NCBI GenBank assembly: GCA_043739185.1
Contig: JAYUEN010000387.1
Coordinates: forward strand, 15,297-79,296
Direction: 5' to 3'
DNA length: 64,000 bases
Source: Bdellovibrionales bacterium
GTDB taxonomy: Bacteria > Bdellovibrionota > Bdellovibrionia > Bdellovibrionales > JAMPXM01
The notes below the pieces were generated by a model that saw only the letters and a list, made by a program, of their open reading frames with translations, did not search any database and was not told where the DNA came from. Each line of letters begins with the position of its first letter. Position 1 is the stretch's first letter. A program made the translations under genes and the position numbers. Shown here piece by piece: positions 18,496-30,000 of this stretch.

Positions 18496-19221
18496 TTCTA
18501 GCTCTAACTGACGCTTTACCAAGCGCCTTAATTCTCTCTTTTGGGCCTCTGAAGTATTCAAAAACTTGAGTCCGACGCCGGGTGGATAATCGCCAAATTG
18601 TTTTTGACTGACCCGGATGACTTGGGCCTGGCAGCGAAGCGTCTGCAATTGATCAAGTTTCAAATTGATTTCGAGTCTATCTAGTTCTTCAAACTCATCC
18701 ATAATCTGATTGAGCGAATTGAATGTTAAGAAAACACCGGTATCAGATAGGTCAAAGGTAATGGCTCTTAGATGCTGATTTTTCGTTTCAATTTGTGCGG
18801 GAATCAAAAGCTCCGCTCTCGGGGATCGAGTCCACCAATGAAGCTTCGAGTTCTCTATTAGTTTCATTTGGCTTGGATGCAGAATCGGCACAAATATCGA
18901 AACCAGCGCCACACTGGCAATTGTGGTTTCAAAAAATGAATAGTCAAGTGAGTCGAGGCCGACGAGCAGATTATTGAAAATACCCAACAAAGCAAAAGCC
19001 GGAATTGAGATTTTGAGTTGAGGATGAACTATAAAAGTTTGAATCGAAACGATGATTCCGGCTCCCATAAAGAGCAGATTATTCCAGGGCAATTGCTCGA
19101 AGGCTAAATTCATATCTCTTAGCGGATGTTCATAAAGCCACATCACTTGCGCCGGAATGCCAAGAATCAAGAGTAAAATAAGTGCACTCAATAAGTTAAA
19201 ATAGATTGGCTTTTTATTCAT
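18484..19221 (-). CDS. Membrane protein with C-terminal PilZ domain
   Basis: Four TM helices; TRSPR (degenerate RxxxR), DLSDTG, GVGLKF. Start at ATG 19221 overlaps the SLT gene stop. Confidence 0.8.
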   Translation of the reverse strand: MNKKPIYFNLLSALILLLILGIPAQVMWLYEHPLRDMNLAFEQLPWNNLLFMGAGIIVSIQTFIVHPQLKISIPAFALLGIFNNLLVGLDSLDYSFFETTIASVALVSIFVPILHPSQMKLIENSKLHWWTRSPRAELLIPAQIETKNQHLRAITFDLSDTGVFLTFNSLNQIMDEFEELDRLEINLKLDQLQTLRCQAQVIRVSQKQFGDYPPGVGLKFLNTSEAQKRELRRLVKRQLELELDS

Positions 19222-20305
19222 GAATCTCCTCACTGAAGCGATCACAAAAACTCATCACGCGATTGACATATTTTCTGGCGGCGTCTAATCCGGCGCCACG
19301 CTTGAGCCAATCATGATGATTCTGTTCAATTGCTTGAGAGACTCTGTAGGGACCCGAATTGTAACTTGCAAGCACGACGCGGCTGGTGTCTTGTTCTAAA
19401 TTCGAAAAGTGAGCTTGTAAGAGTCCCGCCTTATCTGACCGACTCCAGTAAGACTCAAGCTGTCGAATATAAGTTGAGCCGCCATTAATAGAATACTCGG
19501 GATTGAGTCGCCATTCGTTAGTAGAGTTGAGTTGACCTTGTTGAAGCATGAATTTTATATATCCAAGTGGTAATTCATTTAAACCGGGATAGCGCGGCCA
19601 ATTGCTATGAACTTTTAGTATTTCTTGCTCTCCGATGGGCGTGATTTGGGTGAGTCCCATAGCTCGCGAATAACTGAAGGCATTGTTTTGAAAGCCGGAC
19701 TCTTGAGCAATAAGCCCCGCCAGCAAAAAGGGATTGATTTCGTTTGCTTCGGCGAAGGCATTTATAAATTTCAATGTATTGGGCTCGACATCAAAATCCT
19801 CTATGAATGTTAAAGCTTTATTTGCCTTCAAATTACATTTTGGTTTTTGATACTCGGCCGCAATCATGGGAGTGCTGTTGTTTCTTTGATAAGAAACAAC
19901 AATTTCTCCATCGAGGTCCGAACGCAGTCGTACCACTGGCATTTTCAATTTGAGCCAGCGATTTTGTCTCGGCTCCCATTCAATAATAGAGTGCTGAATG
20001 AAATGGCGAGTGACATCCCGTCGATCAAAATAAATCTTCAGTTGATAATCTTCTGGGATACCTTCGTCATCTGAAATGGTAATTTCAAGCGAAGATTTCT
20101 TATGCAAGATTTGCCGGTTCGGAAAAAAACTAATTTGCCGATTGATTGCAAGATGCTCATTGCTTCCGATCAATGCGCGAATAGAGACATTGAGCTTGTT
20201 TGCAAAAAGGGTGGCGGGCCCCAGAGGTGAGGTGGGTCCTGCGCAGCCTATGATCCCCGGAAATAGCATCCAAGCCATTGGGAAGAATTTCGGAAGATAG
20301 CTCAT
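19214..20305 (-). CDS. Lytic transglycosylase (SLT domain) lipoprotein
   Basis: Lipobox IIGC; IAQESGF (catalytic Glu), MGLTQI, ASYNSG. Start reassigned to ATG 20305. Confidence 0.85.
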   Translation of the reverse strand: MSYLPKFFPMAWMLFPGIIGCAGPTSPLGPATLFANKLNVSIRALIGSNEHLAINRQISFFPNRQILHKKSSLEITISDDEGIPEDYQLKIYFDRRDVTRHFIQHSIIEWEPRQNRWLKLKMPVVRLRSDLDGEIVVSYQRNNSTPMIAAEYQKPKCNLKANKALTFIEDFDVEPNTLKFINAFAEANEINPFLLAGLIAQESGFQNNAFSYSRAMGLTQITPIGEQEILKVHSNWPRYPGLNELPLGYIKFMLQQGQLNSTNEWRLNPEYSINGGSTYIRQLESYWSRSDKAGLLQAHFSNLEQDTSRVVLASYNSGPYRVSQAIEQNHHDWLKRGAGLDAARKYVNRVMSFCDRFSEEIHE

Positions 20306-20539
20306 CTGTACATTTTGCTGCATATCTTTGGAGATTGATAATGAATCCCTTTTTGAAGCGCAAATTTTGTGGGGGTGTTTCAATCTAGAAAAATGTTTGA
20401 AAAAGTGCTTAATCTTTTTTCATGCGAGATTCATTGGGTTGGGATGCTCTTGGGAGTGGTACAGTTTTAACGGCAGCCGCCGCGGTAAGTTTTGCAGCTT
20501 CGGCAGAGCGCCTACGAGACTGCATTTTGGCAAAAGCAC

Positions 20540-20555
20540 AGGCACAGGCTTTGCT
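20540..20555 (+). promoter_or_regulatory. Putative sigma54 (-24/-12) promoter upstream of the cysteine peptidase
   Basis: AGGCACAGGCTTTGCT: GG(20541-42)-N10-GC(20553-54), matching GGCAC-N5-TTGCW. Confidence 0.45.
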
Positions 20556-20675
20556 CAGGTAGCTCTCGACCCATAAAAAAACTGTGTAACTTCGTTACAG
20601 ATCTTGAATTAAGTGACAATTCTTGACATCGAAGCTGCGCAATTTGGGTCTAAAATCAATTGGAGGACTTTCCGT

Positions 20676-22238
20676 ATGGTGTTTTCGCAGCAACAATTAA
20701 GACTAGTTCAATTCACGTTTGCAATTGTTCTCTCCTCTAGCTTGGGTGTGAGCATGGCCTTCGCTGGCGGCGACCAATGCGAAAGCATCTTTGTTTCTAC
20801 AAAGAGCAAAAGACAAATTGGCGTGAGCGAAGATTTTGTTGCCAAAATGCAGTCTCGTAGGCGCTCTGCTGCAGACAAAATGTTACAAAAATTTACCACG
20901 GAGAAGGGTCTTGCAGCACCCATGAACACGAGCCCCAAACATGACAATAACTATAGTTTCGAACTCCCGGAAGGTACTATAAAGGATCAGCAAAGGTCAG
21001 GCCGTTGTTGGATATTTGCTTCTCTCACGGCCATTGAAAATTTTTATTTAGGCAAAGGCAATTTAATGCCAGACGCCGAGTTTTCAAGAACCTATCTGCA
21101 ATTTTTTAATATGCTCGAGCGTTCAAGCTCGCATTTAGAAAAGGTAATTGATTTAAGAAGAAACTCACAGCGCATTAGCAGCTCTACAATCTTACAAAGG
21201 ATTGCACCTAAGATCGCGGACGGTGGCTATGTTGAAGATATTATCTTTTTAATTAAGAAATACGGCTTGGTCACCACAAGTGCAATGCCCGAAACTCTTA
21301 ATTCATTGAACACCGACCTATTGTTGGCTGAATTGAATTCTTATTTACAAGTTAAAAGTTATGAGATGTGGAATTTGTCTGAAAACTTCGACTCAGAGGC
21401 GCGTGCACTTCATGATCGTATCGTGAGGGGTCAGGCTGAAAACACCACAAAATATGATAAGGTGAGTTTGCAGGCCCTAAGCGAAGCTCAATTGCAAATA
21501 TTAGAAGCGAAAAAGGAAGAGATATTAGGCGGAGTCTGGTTGATTCTTGAAAAAGCTCTGGGAACACCGCCGAAAACATTCACCGCTAAAGTACCAGTGA
21601 CCAATCCCAAGACGGGCGTTGCTCAAACTAAAATTCGCAAATTTGAGCCGCAAAAATTTGTGACCGACTATATGAAATTTAATCCTGAGGATTGGATCAA
21701 TGTTTCTAATTTGAGAAATCGTCCTCGTGATCAAGTTTATCAAGTTAAATACCAAGACATGAACCGTGTGATACGAAGACTCAATTTAGATCCGGTACGA
21801 ATGATGAATTTGGTGAAAGCACAATTAAAAGCGGGTATGCCAGTACCGTTCGATTCGAACTTTGGCCCAGGAGTCAATCGCAAGACAGGTGATATGGAGC
21901 CTGGAACCGATGACTTAAAGGGAATGTTTCCTTATAAACAAGGCCAAGCGCCTAGGCGCTTGAGTAAATCAGAATTGGATATTTTAGGAATTTTAACCGC
22001 TGATCACGAAACGGTTTTCATGGGATATGATCAACCAGAAGGATATGCGAATCCAATAAAGTTCAAGGTTGAAAATTCATGGAGTGATCAATATGGCAAC
22101 GGCGGGAACTTCAACCTATCGGCGCAATGGTTTGATTTGTATGTAGACGGGATTATGATTCATAAATCAATGCTATCTCCAGAGGAGCTTGCGATTTTCA
22201 ATGGCAAGCCTATCATTTTAAAAGCAACTAATGAGTGA
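20676..22238 (+). CDS. C1B-family cysteine aminopeptidase (PepC/bleomycin hydrolase-like) with signal peptide
   Basis: DQQRSGRCWIFAS (Gln, Cys), ADHETVFMG (His), KVENSWS (Asn). SD GGAGGA before ATG 20676; signal peptide ending MAFA. Confidence 0.88.
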   Translation: MVFSQQQLRLVQFTFAIVLSSSLGVSMAFAGGDQCESIFVSTKSKRQIGVSEDFVAKMQSRRRSAADKMLQKFTTEKGLAAPMNTSPKHDNNYSFELPEGTIKDQQRSGRCWIFASLTAIENFYLGKGNLMPDAEFSRTYLQFFNMLERSSSHLEKVIDLRRNSQRISSSTILQRIAPKIADGGYVEDIIFLIKKYGLVTTSAMPETLNSLNTDLLLAELNSYLQVKSYEMWNLSENFDSEARALHDRIVRGQAENTTKYDKVSLQALSEAQLQILEAKKEEILGGVWLILEKALGTPPKTFTAKVPVTNPKTGVAQTKIRKFEPQKFVTDYMKFNPEDWINVSNLRNRPRDQVYQVKYQDMNRVIRRLNLDPVRMMNLVKAQLKAGMPVPFDSNFGPGVNRKTGDMEPGTDDLKGMFPYKQGQAPRRLSKSELDILGILTADHETVFMGYDQPEGYANPIKFKVENSWSDQYGNGGNFNLSAQWFDLYVDGIMIHKSMLSPEELAIFNGKPIILKATNE

Positions 22239-22300
22239 TATTTTTGAAGTTAAATGTCTGGCAGGACTTCTAAATGTCTTGCCAGCTTTTGACCTCGAAT

Positions 22301-23653
22301 TTATCTAATCGTAAAACTATGTTCGCTCGTTTTTGCCTGAGTAGCTTGATTCAGGCGGCTGCGAATACGACCGCGCACAAAATCAATATGTTCTCTTAAG
22401 CTATAAATATAATCTGAATAGTCTAGAGGTACCTTGAGGTGATTCACTTTCATTTCAAAGGCATCTAATTTATCTAGGTGTTCAAGATATTTTTCTGGAG
22501 TAGAGTCGGGATGAAGTTGGGTCTCAATAAATTTCAACTCCCCATAGCGCTGAAAAATACGATTTCGAATGCGCCAAACGTAAATTTTTGGAACCACCTT
22601 TATCATTGGCAAAATGATGGCCGCGACCGGTATCACCAAGAGCAAGAAGCGATCAAGGAGAGTCGCGAGCCAAAAGGGCAAAAACCTTTGCCAAAATGGC
22701 GTACCTGATTTGTAAAAACTTTTAGCTTCTTCGCGCAATGAAAACTGATAATCTTTATCAACCGGAAATTCATCTTTCCTTTCAAAAAGTCCGGGTGAAC
22801 TATGCACTTGTACCGCGGCCTTCAACAATAAATAGACGAGCGCAGGGTGAAGATCGTCCCTTACAAGCAGAGTAATGGTGGGCGAGACCAAATTAATATC
22901 TTCAGCCGGGATATTATTTTTCAAATCAAAAGCGCCGTGAGGAAGAGTCAAATGATGTAAAAAAGGAATCTGCCTAGTTATTGCCTCAGCCTGATCTAGG
23001 TTCATGAGTTTGACGCTAGGATCATGCATCAGCTTTTCAATGAGCGGATCTTCACCCGTTCTTAAAAAAAGTGCAACTGTCGCCTCGCCTGACTTGATTG
23101 CATCAACTGCGTTTTGAGAGCCAATTTCTAGGAGTTGAGTATTTTCAGCTGTGACTCCGGCACTTTTTAAGATTCTTTGTGCTAAAATATTGGTCCCAGA
23201 ATTCGCTCTTCCAATTGCGATTTTCTGTCCCATAAGATCCGATAGTTTACTGGGGGTCTTTTGACCAGAATAAAAAATCCAAATTGGTTCATAGTAGAGG
23301 CTTCCCAAAGAAGAAAGGTCTGGAGCTTCCTCTGCATTGCCAAGCCCGTCTTGCACAAATCCAACCTGGACATCTGAACTTTCGTCTTTAAGCCTTTTGA
23401 GGTTTTCAGAGGGGCCTTGGGAGGCTTTGGTGATGAGTTCAACACCATCTTCTTTCAATATGTCCTTATAAAGCTTGGCGTAGGATTGATAGTCATCTTG
23501 ATCTTCGCCAGTTGAAATAACGATGCGATTGGGTGGTGCGGGATTTACAAATTTATATGCAATCACGGCGACGCTAAGGGTGATCAGACAAGCGGGGACA
23601 AATGCAAAAAGGATGTCCCTAAGGGATCTGCCAAAATATATTTTTTTATTCAT
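22301..23653 (-). CDS. TAXI-family TRAP solute-binding protein with N- and C-terminal membrane segments
   Basis: ISTG, SQGPSENL, GFVQDG, LGSLYYEPIWIFY, AIGRANSGT. C-terminal TM then helical tail. Start probably ATG 23653. Confidence 0.8.
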   Translation of the reverse strand: MNKKIYFGRSLRDILFAFVPACLITLSVAVIAYKFVNPAPPNRIVISTGEDQDDYQSYAKLYKDILKEDGVELITKASQGPSENLKRLKDESSDVQVGFVQDGLGNAEEAPDLSSLGSLYYEPIWIFYSGQKTPSKLSDLMGQKIAIGRANSGTNILAQRILKSAGVTAENTQLLEIGSQNAVDAIKSGEATVALFLRTGEDPLIEKLMHDPSVKLMNLDQAEAITRQIPFLHHLTLPHGAFDLKNNIPAEDINLVSPTITLLVRDDLHPALVYLLLKAAVQVHSSPGLFERKDEFPVDKDYQFSLREEAKSFYKSGTPFWQRFLPFWLATLLDRFLLLVIPVAAIILPMIKVVPKIYVWRIRNRIFQRYGELKFIETQLHPDSTPEKYLEHLDKLDAFEMKVNHLKVPLDYSDYIYSLREHIDFVRGRIRSRLNQATQAKTSEHSFTIR

Positions 23654-23776
23654 AGCTGCCAATAATAACATCAGAAATTGATCAGGCTCAACGCTAATTG
23701 TGTTCAAGTTTTGATTTGCAGCGCGTAGCCTTTTCATTTGCTTGTGAGTAGCATGCATTGCTAGGATTCTTATCTT

Positions 23777-26749
23777 ATGAAAAAAGTGCTTTTTCGCATA
23801 ATGACAGGCCTCTTTAGCTTTTTATTTGTCCTATTGGTGCTGGTGTATATCGGAGTGAAGTTTCTTGGTACTGAGGAGGGCTCTCGATGGGTATTGACCA
23901 AGGCGCAAAAAGTCTTAGCGCAAAAATTTGCTACCGAGCTACAGTTTTCTGAGGCCCAAATCAGATTGTTTTCAGGCATACATTTTAAAGATTTGAAAAT
24001 AGATTCAAAATTGAATGGCAATCGAATTCAGATTCAAATTTCAAGATTTGATATCGACTACATCATTGAGAATTTTTCTCGAAAAGTCTTGATTGAACGA
24101 TTGTCAATTGAGCGCCCAAGTTTTCAGGTGCAATTGAATATAGACGCTTCTCCGAAAGCTAAGCCGCAAGAATTTTCTTCAAAAGAGAATGTGCCGCTTG
24201 TAGTGCTTTTAGCAAAATTTTTAGAATCCCCTCTTGTGAGCGTCACAATGAGGCGATTTGAGCTATCCGAATTTGACCTCGATCTTCACCTAAAGGCTGG
24301 TGAGAATAGTTTAACTGCTGTCATTAAGAATTTAAATATCAGAGCATCTGGCCAGCTTTCCGAAAATCATTTGAGTCTAGAAAGTGAAGTGAAAGCGAAC
24401 CACGCCAATCATGTGGAGATTTCAGGCCGAGATAGGCATTTGGCTTTGGATTGGGATTTGAATACAAAAGGCAATATCAAGATTGAAAAGAACGGGCAAA
24501 ACTGGAGCTATTCAATACCTGAAAATTTTGTGAATTTTGAATTGCAGAACTTGATTGTACAAATGAGTGAGCTTGAGACACAAACGCAGCTACAGTTACC
24601 ATGGGTCAAGATTAAGTCTGAAACAAATTTGCTTGCTGAAACTGAGCACGCCTTTGAATTTGATTCGGGTTCTTTAAAATCTGCACATGATAATTCGCAG
24701 ATTCAGACAAGCCCCTTTAGCTTGATAAAGCGTTCTCTAGATCAAGCCATGAGCCTTAAGTTTGGCAGTTATGAGGCTGCCATAACGGCAGAATTAAAGA
24801 AAGATGTTGAACTGAATGTGAAATCCATTTTGCATCAACTTGATTTTCCGTCCCAATTGAATATGCCAATTGATTTGAAGCTAGGTGCTCAGGCTAATAT
24901 TTCTTTGGATCTTAAACATTTTGCAGCTCACTTTGCTGCTGGGCTCTCCGAAATTGATTTGTCTTTGGGCCAATTCACCATTGGTAGAAACCAAGCTAAG
25001 GATCCTTGGGAGTTGATGGGGAATGTGCAAATTTTTCTCGATCCAAAGCTGGCAAAAAAAATGAAATCAGGGGCTGAGCTTTCGAAAATGGGTCGTATCG
25101 AAATCAATTCGAAATTAAGTGGTAAGCTTTCAAATGAACAGCGGCTGCATTTGGATACTCAAACTGATATTGCAAAAATTATTTTACCTGTGTCTAAAAA
25201 GAGCTTTGCGATTCACATTTCCTCAGCAAATGATTTTCAGAAATCATCTGCTCCTGATGGGCGCGACTTAGGAGTCGGGGTAAACTCCACTTCAGAGCTA
25301 AAGCTTTCAAATCCAGAAATTGGCGAATGGAAAGTGAATTCAAATTCTGAAGTTCATTTAGACAATTTAAATAAGAAAGAGATTATAGGAAAAATTGAAT
25401 TGAGCGAACTGAGTGCTGGTGATAGCGATTTGTTGCCCGCTAAATTGGTACAGCCTGTAGTAATGTCTCATCATTTGAGTATGAACCAAGAGGATTTAAG
25501 CTTCGAGCTAAAAGGCTTAGCGCCCGCAATTGAAATCACAAAATTAGGAATTCTTGGTGATACGAAATTCAATGTGAATTTAAAGGGTGACCATTTGAGC
25601 ACTGAGAAAAACTTCAAGATTCAAGTCGAGATGGATCAGGGCCCATTGAAGCTCAATGTAGTGAATGCGAGTTTGGCAGCAATTCCAATTGCAAGTATGA
25701 AGATGAATTTGGCAGCTACATTAAAGCAGCAGACGTTGTTCAACCTTGAGAAATTGCAATTTAATTTGAATCAGGATTTGGTGCGGGTGACTGCTGACGG
25801 AACTGGTAATTTGAAAACCAAAGATGTGCAAATTCAAATAAATAACCAAATGAATTTTCCGCGATCTTTACCTGAGCTTTTTGGCCAAAAGGTGACGGGC
25901 GAAGTATTAGTTCCCATGAATTTTTCGGTTCGGCACGGCAAGGATATTAATATAGACGGGACTGTAGAGTTAAAGAAAATGGGCGTTCAGCACGACGATA
26001 TTTCGCTTTCTGGCCTCAGCGGACGTATTCCTTTTTCTGAACATTTAATATTAGAAAAGGATCATATTAGGTTTACAGAATTGGTGACGCAGAATGCTTT
26101 TGAGCGAGTGAATTTTGAACGTCTGCGCCCCTTATTGCAAAGCTCAGAACTTATCACAATTGATAAAATACATTGGCAAGAAAAAGTATATGGTCCACTC
26201 GTAGGTTTTTTTTCGATTCGACAGAATATGTTTATTCTTCATGAATTTAGTCTCGATTTGGGCTCAGGAAGTATTTATGGCGAAGTGGCCTTTGATGCTT
26301 ATCCTAAAAACCTTCAATTGGGTCTGCTTTCTCGCGTTACCGGGCTCGATTTAGCTCAGGTTTTGCCGCGGAAGTTTTTAAAGAAAATACCTGAGGGCGA
26401 CAAAACGATAAGCGCGCGTACAGGCTTTGTGTTTTCGCTCAACCGAGCCATTCTTAATGGCCGCATAGATGTAACCCAAATTGGAAGTGCCCAGATGATA
26501 ACGCTAATCAATTTATTGGACCCACAGTTTCAAGATGATAAAATGAATAAAATGAGAACACTCTTAGAAGTGGGTTATCCCACCGCAGTAGCGATGAATT
26601 TTAATCAAGGTTTTTTAGATTTGGATTTGGATTTGACTGCACTTGGTATTAATCAGCACCAGGCTTTGCGATCTATTCCTCTATCTGGATTTTTATTAAA
26701 GCCAACTGCAGAAATTGTTTCTGCAAGTCAGAAAGGACCCCTCAAATGA
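23777..26749 (+). CDS. AsmA/YdbH-like large periplasmic beta-groove protein (putative intermembrane lipid bridge)
   Basis: Single N-terminal TM anchor, then about 950 aa of amphipathic beta strands; C-terminal LLDP...GYPTAVAMNFNQG. Confidence 0.65.
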   Translation: MKKVLFRIMTGLFSFLFVLLVLVYIGVKFLGTEEGSRWVLTKAQKVLAQKFATELQFSEAQIRLFSGIHFKDLKIDSKLNGNRIQIQISRFDIDYIIENFSRKVLIERLSIERPSFQVQLNIDASPKAKPQEFSSKENVPLVVLLAKFLESPLVSVTMRRFELSEFDLDLHLKAGENSLTAVIKNLNIRASGQLSENHLSLESEVKANHANHVEISGRDRHLALDWDLNTKGNIKIEKNGQNWSYSIPENFVNFELQNLIVQMSELETQTQLQLPWVKIKSETNLLAETEHAFEFDSGSLKSAHDNSQIQTSPFSLIKRSLDQAMSLKFGSYEAAITAELKKDVELNVKSILHQLDFPSQLNMPIDLKLGAQANISLDLKHFAAHFAAGLSEIDLSLGQFTIGRNQAKDPWELMGNVQIFLDPKLAKKMKSGAELSKMGRIEINSKLSGKLSNEQRLHLDTQTDIAKIILPVSKKSFAIHISSANDFQKSSAPDGRDLGVGVNSTSELKLSNPEIGEWKVNSNSEVHLDNLNKKEIIGKIELSELSAGDSDLLPAKLVQPVVMSHHLSMNQEDLSFELKGLAPAIEITKLGILGDTKFNVNLKGDHLSTEKNFKIQVEMDQGPLKLNVVNASLAAIPIASMKMNLAATLKQQTLFNLEKLQFNLNQDLVRVTADGTGNLKTKDVQIQINNQMNFPRSLPELFGQKVTGEVLVPMNFSVRHGKDINIDGTVELKKMGVQHDDISLSGLSGRIPFSEHLILEKDHIRFTELVTQNAFERVNFERLRPLLQSSELITIDKIHWQEKVYGPLVGFFSIRQNMFILHEFSLDLGSGSIYGEVAFDAYPKNLQLGLLSRVTGLDLAQVLPRKFLKKIPEGDKTISARTGFVFSLNRAILNGRIDVTQIGSAQMITLINLLDPQFQDDKMNKMRTLLEVGYPTAVAMNFNQGFLDLDLDLTALGINQHQALRSIPLSGFLLKPTAEIVSASQKGPLK

Positions 26750-27039
26750 AATATCTAAAAATCTTTGGCGCGCTAATGAGTTTGGGCATTCTCGGTAGTC
26801 TGTTTGGTTGTGCGCCGCAAATTTATGTGGTCGACCGCCAAAGTGTATTCGAGCAGGAATCGGCAGGTGAGTGGCCACAGTTTGAACAAGAAGTCTTGGG
26901 GAAATCGGTTGCGACCGGTGCCGAGCCATTTGCGAAGATTCCTATCACCAATAAAAAGGCCCGTCTTTACAAAGTTCTCAATGGTGAACTCGTAGCTTTA
27001 CCTGAAAAGCCAACTTCGAACAAAGTGGATAAAAAATGA
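26746..27039 (+). CDS. Small lipoprotein resembling the N-terminal part of YdbL/DUF1318-type partners
   Basis: Lipobox LFGC, then APQIYVVDRQSVFEQESAG; ATGA overlap with the upstream gene. Confidence 0.55.
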   Translation: MKYLKIFGALMSLGILGSLFGCAPQIYVVDRQSVFEQESAGEWPQFEQEVLGKSVATGAEPFAKIPITNKKARLYKVLNGELVALPEKPTSNKVDKK

Positions 27040-30000
27040 TGAAGATCTTCTTAGTTGGCATTTTACTATTTGCAGGCAAGGTTCAAGCGACAATAGTTTC
27101 GGATCGAATCGCGGCAACGAATCGGCTGCTGCCTTTGAAAAAAGTAACGGTCGGTCCTGATGACCAATATCATGGGTCTGTCGATACCAAAGGGGAGATT
27201 TTAGTCTATACATACAAGACAAATTTGGTGCCGCACCTGCGTGTGCAAGAACTAAAGAGCGGTGACGTTCGGGATTTTTTACCACTTACCGCAGACTCGC
27301 AGGAGCCGAGCATCGGACCAAGTGGCTTGGTCGCATTTACCTATTTTAAATTCAATGCAAAGGGAGATATCTGTTACGCCGGATTGCCAAACTTCGCAAA
27401 GCCTGCCAATAACAATCCCGAAATTCATTGTCTCGCCCGTACCTCAAGCGAAAAGTTCGAAGCCAGATCAAATTCATTTTGGAAATCAAACGACGAAATT
27501 GGCTACGTTGTCGACGCGATAGGTGAAAATCCACGTCGGATTGTTACAGAAAATATTCACACAGGAAATAAGACAATACTCACATCAGGGAAAATATACT
27601 CTCCCAATATGCAGGCCGGCGGACATTATTTAACTTTTATAAAAATGGACAAAGATGAGTCCGTATCCAAATCAAATGTAAATCGTGAAATCGTTTTGTT
27701 GGACCTTGTAAATCGCAAAGAATTCAGTTTGCGATTTGCACTTCCCGGAATTTCAGGCTTTCCAGCCTTATCGGCTGATGAGTCGATGCTTTATTTTAGC
27801 CACTATCCGAACGATTCAAATGGTGACAATATTCTTGATGGCAGCGACAACGGAGTCATCTTTCGCATTCCGGTTTCAAAAATATTTAGTAATCAAGATA
27901 AGGATCTGATTTTTCCTGAGCAGCTCACTTCTCTCGAGAGCAGTTGTAGTTTTCCTCACCCATTTAAAGATTCGGTTTATTTGACCTGTGCCTTTGAAGG
28001 AAGTCTCGATATCTATCAGATGCCTGCCAGTGGAATTGTTCCGGTCAATTGGTCGAGACAAATACTTGATAATGCTTTGATCACCAGTCGCAGTTATCAG
28101 GAGCGTATCTTAAATCTCAATACTGAGAAATATAGATTTTCAGAAACCAAACAAATAACAAATGAGCGGCTATTAAATAATCATATTTTAGCAGATGAAA
28201 CGGCGGCCGCGCGTAGTTATTTAGATGAGATAATGAAAACTAAGCTTGGCGCAAATGAAAAGTCATTTTATGCGCTAGTAAAAATCTATTTGGAATCGCG
28301 CGAACTAAAGAAAATGCAAGCATCCTCTGATGTGACCAGGATCTTTAGAGGTCAAATAGCGCAATTTGAACATCAAGTTGCGAGTATAAAATCAGAGGCG
28401 AGTTTTAATTTGATTCTTCGGGGTCTCCTCAAGCTCTATACTGAAGACTTTCACGAGGCTGCAAATTTTTTAGCACAGGTTCGTGCGGCTTCTCAAATGA
28501 AGCCGCTGGAGCGTTATTTGTATTTTGAATTGGCAGATCAAAGTCTTTCACGTGAACTACCTAAAAGCGAAGCTAAGCTATTAGATGCATATCATATCAT
28601 GATGACGGCACCTGAGCTCGATGAAGAGGCGCATATTTACTACGCCTTTCGTCTCCTAGATAAAATTGAACAGCAGCACAAAGAACTTCCCGAAAGAATT
28701 AAGGTCATTGACACTGCCAAAAAATTTCTTGTTAAGCCAGTCCTCACTTTACTTGATTCTGAAACTTGTGTCCTTCGATTAATTCTTGCGGGTGATTCTG
28801 AAAAGCCGAAAGTTTATTCTGAGCTCGATCGCTTTATGAGCGAAACAAGAGAAGATTATTTTTTGAGAAAAGCTCTTTATGTACGCGCGATACTCAACTT
28901 CACGACGGCTGCGCAATTTACTTATATGGATTTGGTGGCGACTGCATGGTTAAAGTATACTACGCAAAAAGATACAGAGTTTATCTATGCGCGTGAAGTG
29001 GTACAGGGTTCGGCACTTGACCAAGCCTATGCAAATGTAGCGGTGGCAAATGACAATTTTGCGAGTAGTTTCTTTTATGAATCTTTAAGCTTAACCGACG
29101 ATCTAGAGTCGCATTACGGTTTTGTCCAATCAATGAACCGCAGAAATTTGCGTAGCACCATTGATGATCGATACAAGAATCTCGTACAAAGATCATTTAT
29201 TGACGACAATTTTAAGTTTGTTCAGGCCTTGCTTATTCTGATCGATCAAAATACTCATGCTCAAGCGGACCGGCATCTCACGGCACATTTAGATCAGGCA
29301 ATTGAAAAACTGGTGGCGATGTCGCAAGATCGGGACTCGCCGGCGCGCTATTTATTGCTTGGTTCTTGTTATCTTGAAAAGCTCTTAAGAACCGCAAAGG
29401 GTCTTGAGTTTTCAGCAGAGCTTTTGCAGAAAGCCAATCGCACTCTGATGTTGGCATATGATTTGGGTCGAGATAATGTTCGTATTCAAGCAGCAACTTT
29501 AATGAACCTTGGGATTTTACAAGCTCGGGTTCAAAACCAAGGGCTCGCAGTTCGTTTTTTTAAAGAGCGTAAAACTCTTGGTTTTGTTTCTGCTGTTGAG
29601 AAGGCAGCCTTTGAATGGAGCTACGCACGCGCTTTATTTTTGAGCCATCAACCTGAGTTAGCGGCAGAAGAATTAACTGAAGTAGCAGCAAGTGAAATGA
29701 AGCCGGCATTATTAGAGCGCAAGGCCTTTTATTTGATGTCTGCACAAAAATATGATCGAGCTGTTCTGGCTTATGAAGAACTATTCAAAGCTAAACCACA
29801 AATTGATGCTATTAGTTTCGCAAAAATAAACCTCAGTCTTGGCTTTGCGCTTTTGAAAAACCAACAAGAAAAAGAAGCCAAAAATCATCTTGTGCAAGCT
29901 GTTCAGTCGTTAGACAGGCTTGCTGTTTTGGGTCGTGGCGCCGAGCGTTCAGTTGAGTTCAATCCCAATAGATTGAAGGCATTTGCCTATGGCTTTCTAG

